Below are positions 60,028 to 64,000 of a stretch of 64,000 nt of DNA, one piece after another (within the stretch, counting starts at the first letter, position 1; every line of letters begins with the position of its first letter). The position numbers and the translations under genes are program-made. The notes below the pieces were generated by a model that was not told the DNA's origin, searched no databases, and saw only the letters and a program-made list of their open reading frames with translations. Origin of the DNA: an uncultured delta proteobacterium (GTDB taxonomy: Bacteria; Myxococcota_A; Polyangia; Fen-1088); the NCBI GenBank assembly GCA_963755125.1, contig CAVWIP010000018.1, positions 227,010 to 291,009 of the forward strand, given 5' to 3'.

Positions 60028-61341
60028 ATGAAGATCTGTGTCATCGGGACCGGCTACGTCGGGCTGGTCGCGGGTGCGGGGTTCGCGGATATGGGCAACG
60101 ACGTCACCTGTTGCGACATCGACGGGGACAAGATCGCCGCGCTCAAACGGGGCCAGGTGCCCATCTACGAACCGGGCCTGGACAAGCTGATCGCCCACAA
60201 CGTGCAGCAGGGCCGGCTCGCCTTCGGCACCGACCTCGAAGCCGCAGTGCCGGGCACCGAGGTGGTGGTGCTGGCGGTGGGCACCCCGCCCGCGCCCGAC
60301 GGCTCGGCCGATCTGCGCTACGTTTTCGAGGCCGCAGAAACCGCCGCGCACGCCTTGTCTGGCTGGGCCGTGTTGGTCACCAAGTCCACCGTGCCGGTCG
60401 GCACCGGCGACAAGGTCGAGGCCATCGTGCGCCAGCACACACACCACGAGTTCGCGGTTGCGGCCAACCCCGAGTTTCTCAAGGAGGGCGATGCGGTCAA
60501 CGACTTCATGAAGCCCGATCGCGTGATCATCGGGACCAGCGACCCGCGCGCGCTCCACACCCTGCAGGCCCTGTACACGCCGTTCACCCGATCGAGCGAC
60601 CGCATCCTGGTCATGGACCGCCGCTCGGCCGAGTTGACCAAGTACGCCGCCAATTCCATGCTGGCGACGCGTATTTCGTTCATGAACGAGCTGGCCGGTC
60701 TCTGCGATGCGGTGGGCGCCGACATCGAGTTGGTGCGCAAAGGACTGGGCTCGGACGCGCGCATCGGCACCAAGTTCCTGTATGCGGGAGCGGGATTCGG
60801 CGGGAGCTGCTTTCCCAAGGATCTGCGTGCGGTTATCAACACGGCAAGACAAGCGGACGCGCGCCTGCGCCTCCTGGAGGCGGTCGAAGCCGTCAACCAG
60901 CGGCAGAAACACTTGCTGGCCGAACGCTTGCTCGATCACTTCCGCGGCGACCTTCACGGTCGCAAGATCGCGGTGTGGGGGCTTGCCTTCAAGCCTGGAA
61001 CGGATGACGTGCGCGAGGCGCCGGCGCTGGTCCTCATCGAGGACTTGCTTGCTGCCGGTGCCCGTGTGGCAGCCACCGACCCCGTCGCCATCCCGCCGGC
61101 GCGAAAGATTCTGGGCGAGCGTGTGGAATTTTCGGCCTCCAACTACCAGTGTGCCGAGGGCGCCGATGCCCTGGCCCTAGTCACCGAATGGCGCGACTAC
61201 CGCCGGCCGAACTTCGAGCGCCTGCGCGGCCTCATGCGCACGCCGGTGCTCGTCGACGGGCGCAACGTGTGGGAACCGTCAGAGCTTCGCGCCGCCGGGT
61301 TCACGTACTACGGAATTGGGAGAGGGCGCACTTCGTCCTAG
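60028..61341 (+). CDS. ugd: UDP-glucose 6-dehydrogenase
   Basis: 'IGTGYVG', 'IYEPGL', 'KSTVPVGT', 'NPEFLKEG', 'GFGGSCFPKD', 'GLAFKPGTDDVRE'. Confidence 0.96.
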   Translation: MKICVIGTGYVGLVAGAGFADMGNDVTCCDIDGDKIAALKRGQVPIYEPGLDKLIAHNVQQGRLAFGTDLEAAVPGTEVVVLAVGTPPAPDGSADLRYVFEAAETAAHALSGWAVLVTKSTVPVGTGDKVEAIVRQHTHHEFAVAANPEFLKEGDAVNDFMKPDRVIIGTSDPRALHTLQALYTPFTRSSDRILVMDRRSAELTKYAANSMLATRISFMNELAGLCDAVGADIELVRKGLGSDARIGTKFLYAGAGFGGSCFPKDLRAVINTARQADARLRLLEAVEAVNQRQKHLLAERLLDHFRGDLHGRKIAVWGLAFKPGTDDVREAPALVLIEDLLAAGARVAATDPVAIPPARKILGERVEFSASNYQCAEGADALALVTEWRDYRRPNFERLRGLMRTPVLVDGRNVWEPSELRAAGFTYYGIGRGRTSS

Positions 61342-61500
61342 AGCACCGAACGGTTTGACGGACCGAGTGAAATCGCGCAGTTGCGAGTGGCCCGAGGCGC
61401 GAGGAGGGAGAATACTCGACGTATTTGACCGACGAGCAACGAAGGGACGCGACGCAAATCCGCGATTTCACGACGGGAGGCAAACCGTTCGGTGCTCTAG
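61338..61500. mobile_element. 163-bp MITE-like element with perfect 20-bp terminal inverted repeats
   Basis: CTAGAGCACCGAACGGTTTG (61338-61357) / CAAACCGTTCGGTGCTCTAG (61481-61500); inner IR GTGAAATCGCG/CGCGATTTCAC; non-coding; fills the whole gap between convergent genes. Confidence 0.85.
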
Positions 61501-62472
61501 TTACCGACCGTTCTCGGCGCGCCACCAGGCCACGAAGCGGGGGATGCCTTGCTCGATGCTGACCTTGGGCGCGTAGCCCAGATCGCGCTGTGACAGCTCC
61601 AGGTCGGCCAGGGTGTGCGGCATGTCGCCCGGCTGTTCGGGCTGCCAGTCGATGCGTGCCGGCTTGCCCAGGGCGGCGGCGATGCGGTCGACCAGCGTCT
61701 TCAGGCTGGTGGGACGCGCGCCGCCCAGATTGTAGGTGCGAAACGCGGGACTGGGATCCCGCGCCTGCTGCTCGATCGCGGCGACCACTCCGTCGAGGAT
61801 GTCGTCGATCCAGGTGTAGTCACGCGACGTGCTTCCGTCGCCGAACGCCTCGACCGGCTGGTCGTCGGCAATCAGCCCTGTGAATTTGTGGATCGCCAGG
61901 TCGGGTCGCTGGCGCGGGCCGTACACGGTGAAAAAACGCAAGCAGGTGACCCACGAGCGATACAGGTGGTGCTCGGTGAAGGCGAGCAGCTCGCCCGCCC
62001 GCTTGGTCGCCGCATAGGGTGAGAGCGGCCGGCTGCAAGGATCCGCCTCGCAGAATGGCACAGAACTACCTTTGCCGTAGACAGAGGACGACGATCCGAA
62101 GACAAACCGCCTGATACCTCGTCCGCGACAGGCGGAAAGAAGGTGCAGCGTGCCCGTCACGTTCACCGCCCAGTAGCGCTGCGGCGCCTTGATCGACGGC
62201 CGCACGCCCGCCAGGGCCGCCAGGTGCACCACCCCGTCCAGCTTGCCCGCAGCATCCATGGCAGCGTCAATGTCGTTCGGGTCGGTCAGATTACCCTCGA
62301 CCAAGCGAAAGGCCGGTTTTCGGCGCAGCCCCGCGAGATTCCGTTCCTTGACTGCGCGCGGATAGAATTCGTCGAAGTTGTCGAACCCGGTGACCCGATC
62401 TCCGCGCGCGATCAGCCGTTCGGCCAAGTGAGAACCGATGAATCCGGCTGCGCCGGTGACGAGAATTTCCAT
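61501..62472 (-). CDS. NAD-dependent epimerase (UDP-glucuronate 4-epimerase-like)
   Basis: 'VTGAAGFIG', 'HLAALAGVRPS', 'SSSSVYG', 'YAATK', 'RFFTVYGPRQRPDLA'. Confidence 0.93.
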   Translation of the reverse strand: MEILVTGAAGFIGSHLAERLIARGDRVTGFDNFDEFYPRAVKERNLAGLRRKPAFRLVEGNLTDPNDIDAAMDAAGKLDGVVHLAALAGVRPSIKAPQRYWAVNVTGTLHLLSACRGRGIRRFVFGSSSSVYGKGSSVPFCEADPCSRPLSPYAATKRAGELLAFTEHHLYRSWVTCLRFFTVYGPRQRPDLAIHKFTGLIADDQPVEAFGDGSTSRDYTWIDDILDGVVAAIEQQARDPSPAFRTYNLGGARPTSLKTLVDRIAAALGKPARIDWQPEQPGDMPHTLADLELSQRDLGYAPKVSIEQGIPRFVAWWRAENGR

Positions 62473-62557
62473 CAAGGATCACAATAGACGGCGGGCCGCC
62501 CGAGCACCAGCAGGACCGTGGGCCTTGTCGTTCGGGCGCGTCGTGAAACTGTCCTTG

Positions 62558-63361
62558 CTAGCAACGGCGAAGGTAAAGGAGAAACTCCACGTTGCCCTTG
62601 CCCCCCGTGATGGGAGAGGTCGTCTCGCCCAGAACCTGGTAGCCAAGATCGCGGGCGGCCGTCTTCACCTCGTCGAGCGCATGCTGGCGATTCGCCTCGT
62701 CGCGCACGATGCCGCCCTTGCCCACCTTGCCACGACCCACCTCGAACTGCGGCTTGACCAGGGCAACCACGGGAGATCCCGGATGGAGCAAGGCGGGCAA
62801 CACGGGCAGCACCAGCCGCAAGGAGATGAAGGAGACGTTGACCACGGCGAGCGTGCAGGGCTCGGGAATGCGCGCGGGAGGCATGAGGCGGATATTGGTG
62901 CGATCGATGACGACCACGCGCGGATCTGAGGCGATCTTCCAGTCGAGCTGGCCGCGTCCGACATCGATGCAGTACACGCATCGGGCACCGTGCTGGAGCA
63001 GGCAATCGGTAAAGCCGCCGGTAGAGGCGCCCACGTCGACAGCGACCATATCCTTCACATCAAGGCCGAAGGCAACAATCGCATGCGCCAACTTGATCCC
63101 GCCGCGCGAGACAAAGGGCATGGGTTCGCCGCGCAGGCGCAGAACCGCCTGCGCCCCGACCAGATCGCCGGCCTTGTCCACCGGGCGATCTCCGTCGAGA
63201 ACCTGGCCCGCCAGGATGAGCGCCCTCGCCTTCTCGCGCGTGGGCGCCAGTCCATGCTCTAGCAGCGCGAGATCGGCGCGCACCCGCCCGGCGCGCGCGC
63301 TGACTGCGGCCGGCCTGGGTGTAGTTTCGGCCTCCGGGTAGGTCTTTGCTTTGCGCGCCAT
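62558..63361 (-). CDS. tlyA: TlyA family rRNA 2'-O-methyltransferase
   Basis: S4 domain; 'FVSRGGIKL', 'DVGASTGGFTDCLLQHGA', 'VSFISL', 'LVKPQFE', 'GNVEF'. Confidence 0.95.
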   Translation of the reverse strand: MARKAKTYPEAETTPRPAAVSARAGRVRADLALLEHGLAPTREKARALILAGQVLDGDRPVDKAGDLVGAQAVLRLRGEPMPFVSRGGIKLAHAIVAFGLDVKDMVAVDVGASTGGFTDCLLQHGARCVYCIDVGRGQLDWKIASDPRVVVIDRTNIRLMPPARIPEPCTLAVVNVSFISLRLVLPVLPALLHPGSPVVALVKPQFEVGRGKVGKGGIVRDEANRQHALDEVKTAARDLGYQVLGETTSPITGGKGNVEFLLYLRRC

Positions 63362-63396
63362 GGTCTTGCCAAGAATAGACCCCCCGGACTTCCTGG

Positions 63397-63424
63397 TTGC
63401 AAACCCGATCGCCACAAGTACAAT
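63397..63424 (+). promoter_or_regulatory. Sigma70-type promoter of tRNA-Ala
   Basis: TTGCAA-N16-TACAAT, 25 nt upstream of the tRNA. Confidence 0.65.
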
Positions 63425-63449
63425 CCCCTCGCCCGTTCACGCGGGTTCC

Positions 63450-63522
<73 letters not shown>

Positions 63523-63536
63523 CTAAGAAACTCTTG

Positions 63537-63562
63537 AAGCCCCTAAAATCAGGGGCTTTTTT
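63537..63562 (+). terminator. Intrinsic terminator after the tRNA
   Basis: AAGCCCCT-AAAATC-AGGGGCTT followed by a T run. Confidence 0.8.
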
Positions 63563-63665
63563 GTTGCCCTGCTGTGTTGGCTCAGGTCTGAAAAATGGCC
63601 GTGGTAACACCGTGGTAACTTTTCATTTCCCCCTAGAAACTCAGAGGAAACTGCGTATTTGGTAA

Positions 63666-64000
63666 CTAATTTTGGTGGCTCGGTACTGTAGGGGCCAATA
63701 CCGATAGCACCTGTGCGTGCTGCTGCTGATCTACGATTCCACGGTCAGCATAGTGACCGAAGGTCACATCCGTGCTGGTGTGCCCCAGGGCCTGCGAGAC
63801 TGCCAAGGCTGTCACATGTGCGTGCAGAGATAGGTCTGCATGGGTGCCCCGGAGGCCATGAGCGGAAACCTCTGGAACACCTGCCAGCCGGCAGATTCGT
63901 TTCACCTGGTGCAGAAGCCAAGACCTATCGTGATTGAAAATCCGATCTGTGGGCTGCTTGCCCCTGGTGAGGCTCGCCAGGAGTGGCTGGAACCACCCCG
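63666..64000 (-). CDS. Tyrosine recombinase/integrase, C-terminal part (5' end outside the window)
   Basis: Frame open to the window edge; 'SAHGLRGTHA' (HxxR), 'ALGH', 'TFGHY' (catalytic Tyr); convergent on the tRNA 3' end; more AT-rich DNA. Confidence 0.9.
   Translation of the reverse strand, partial: GWFQPLLASLTRGKQPTDRIFNHDRSWLLHQVKRICRLAGVPEVSAHGLRGTHADLSLHAHVTALAVSQALGHTSTDVTFGHYADRGIVDQQQHAQVLSVLAPTVPSHQN

Noticed and set aside
62558..63361. TlyA as a haemolysin/virulence factor
   Set aside because: Ordinary widespread rRNA methyltransferase; nothing in the context supports a toxin role.

Overview
High-GC bacterial chromosomal window. Gene content (many Ser/Thr kinases, FHA-GAF sigma54 activator, TonB-C-fused receptor, DUF4388 regulator, tandem D-Ala-D-Ala-ligase-like protein) points to a Myxococcota/Polyangia-like organism (inference). 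I can support about 47 CDS. They include a TMTC-like GT-C/TPR gene running off the left edge, an exbB-exbD-tonB-lipoprotein-TBDT-OMP operon, serS, ihfB, a partial complex I operon (fused nuoEF, nuoJKLMN; NuoL carries a C-terminal PKD-like domain), a FleQ-like pseudo-activator/fliA/flgM module next to a diguanylate cyclase but with no flagellar genes, rnr, three kinase genes, a GAF-PilB ATPase divergent from a chemosensory cluster, nucleotide-sugar genes and tlyA. tRNA-Ala(CGC) is followed by the 3' end of a tyrosine integrase (edge of an integrated element). The most striking signal is an ~87-bp double-hairpin repeat family. It occurs once intergenically and is also inserted in frame inside cheA and, as a tandem pair in the opposite orientation, inside an SCP2 gene, with a probable remnant in a DegT gene. 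Its second stem shows compensatory base changes. Also seen: a GTAG-type REP pair, a 163-bp MITE with 20-bp TIRs, an in-frame amber codon in a kinase tail and a +1 frameshift. All calls come from reading motifs by eye; no database searches were run.
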